DNA of 64,000 nt from Antechinus flavipes (lineage: Eukaryota), in the NCBI RefSeq assembly GCF_016432865.1, contig NC_067398.1:156798001-156862000 (forward strand), read 5' to 3'. Position numbers and translations under genes: made by a program. This document shows, piece by piece, positions 63,040-64,000 of the stretch; position 1 is the first letter of the stretch, and every line of letters starts with the position of its first letter. The notes under the pieces were generated by a model. It saw only the letters and a list, made by a program, of their open reading frames with translations, made no database searches and was not told the origin of the DNA.

Positions 63040-63550
63040 TTTAAAAATTTAGAAATGTTTTATTGGTGACTGTTTTATATCGTATTCATTTCCAGAAATT
63101 ATCACTATCATCATCATTCATTATGTGCCCAAACAGTAATAATTCAGCAAAACCAACCAGTAAAATATCATTCTCTGATAATACATAGTAAACCTTCCCT
63201 TTCCTTCTGTACTAAAAGAAGGGAGGAGTTTCATTATCTCTTCCTCTTGTCAAGATTAATAACTATAGTTACATCATATTTGGCTTATATCATGTATATT
63301 GTTTTCCAGGTATTGCTTATTTAACTCTGCACCAGTTCTTGCTGTTCTTCCCATTTTTCTCTGAAATCCTTTAATTTGCCATCTCTTATGATGCAATAAA
63401 AATCAATGTCATTCATGCAATACAATTGAGTTAGGTATTCTTTAATTGAATTTCTAGATTGTTTTTATTGCTGTTTCTGTTGTTGTTTTTATCATCATGC
63501 CAGAAAGATAATAGTTACAAAATGCAATTAAAATTTGAGTTGCCAGGGGA
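63040..63550 (-). mobile_element. Old L1 3' region
   Basis: ttccaggtattgcttatttaactctgcaccagttc...ctctgaaatcc...gtcattcatgcaatacaattg. Confidence 0.55.
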
Positions 63551-64000
63551 AAAAAATTCTGACTCCAAAGTAATCCTTTCTTTATATTCTGTTTGAAGAT
63601 AAATTAATGTAGTTAGGAAATTAATAGTGATGTTGTCTAACATACTTAAGACATTTTATTTTCTAAATTTTCACTCAGTTAAGAGTTATCAAATGCTTAT
63701 CATTTCCTGCAACACAGTTGTTCTAGTCTATCTATGTACTAGTAATTTCTTTAAGAATATTATTTTTATGTAATAATGCCCAGATATCAGAAGGCATTGA
63801 CAAATGCTTACTCTGTGATGCTTTTCACATGGAATATGTAATCTCTCTGTATATGAATGTACATATATGTATCTTTATGCCTGTATTTTTCTGAGACTGC
63901 TTCTACATATAACTCTATTTTTTTTTTAATTGTGTAATTTCACTAATTTAGGGAATGTCCTCAGAGCCAAATCCCAAAGTTAGTGAGTAAAATGTTCTCT

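Overview
AT-rich vertebrate genomic DNA, almost certainly from a marsupial and probably a dasyurid. That is inferred from WSINE1-type SINEs, an OposCharlie1/OC1-type MITE and marsupial-style L1/RTE elements. The window holds nine consecutive coding exons of AP3B1 (AP-3 complex subunit beta-1) on the + strand: 8358-8455, 9897-9951, 10035-10106, 13651-13713, 15819-15951, 21642-21751, 49688-49864, 60216-60402 and 61392-61522. All have AG/GT boundaries and splice into 1026 nt (342 codons) without a stop. Sizes and sequence match what I recall as human exons 9-17. The gene begins before and ends after the window. The introns, one of them 27.9 kb, are mostly decayed transposons: L1, an ORF1-only HAL1-like element, a near full-length RTE LINE, L2, L3/CR1, MIR, WSINE1, hAT and mariner DNA transposons, and an ERV LTR. 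Three assembly gaps lie near the last two exons. Nearly all entries in the supplied ORF track are chance or TE-derived. I found no convincing new multi-gene system. The best leads are an unidentified ~550 bp insert with a nearly open 184-codon frame, an LTR with a duplicated tRNA-Lys primer-binding site, an OC1 MITE, a sense L1 about 50 bp from a splice acceptor, a ~220 bp local duplication and a tiny L1 insertion with a perfect 16 bp TSD. Repeat family names come from recognition, not from a database search.
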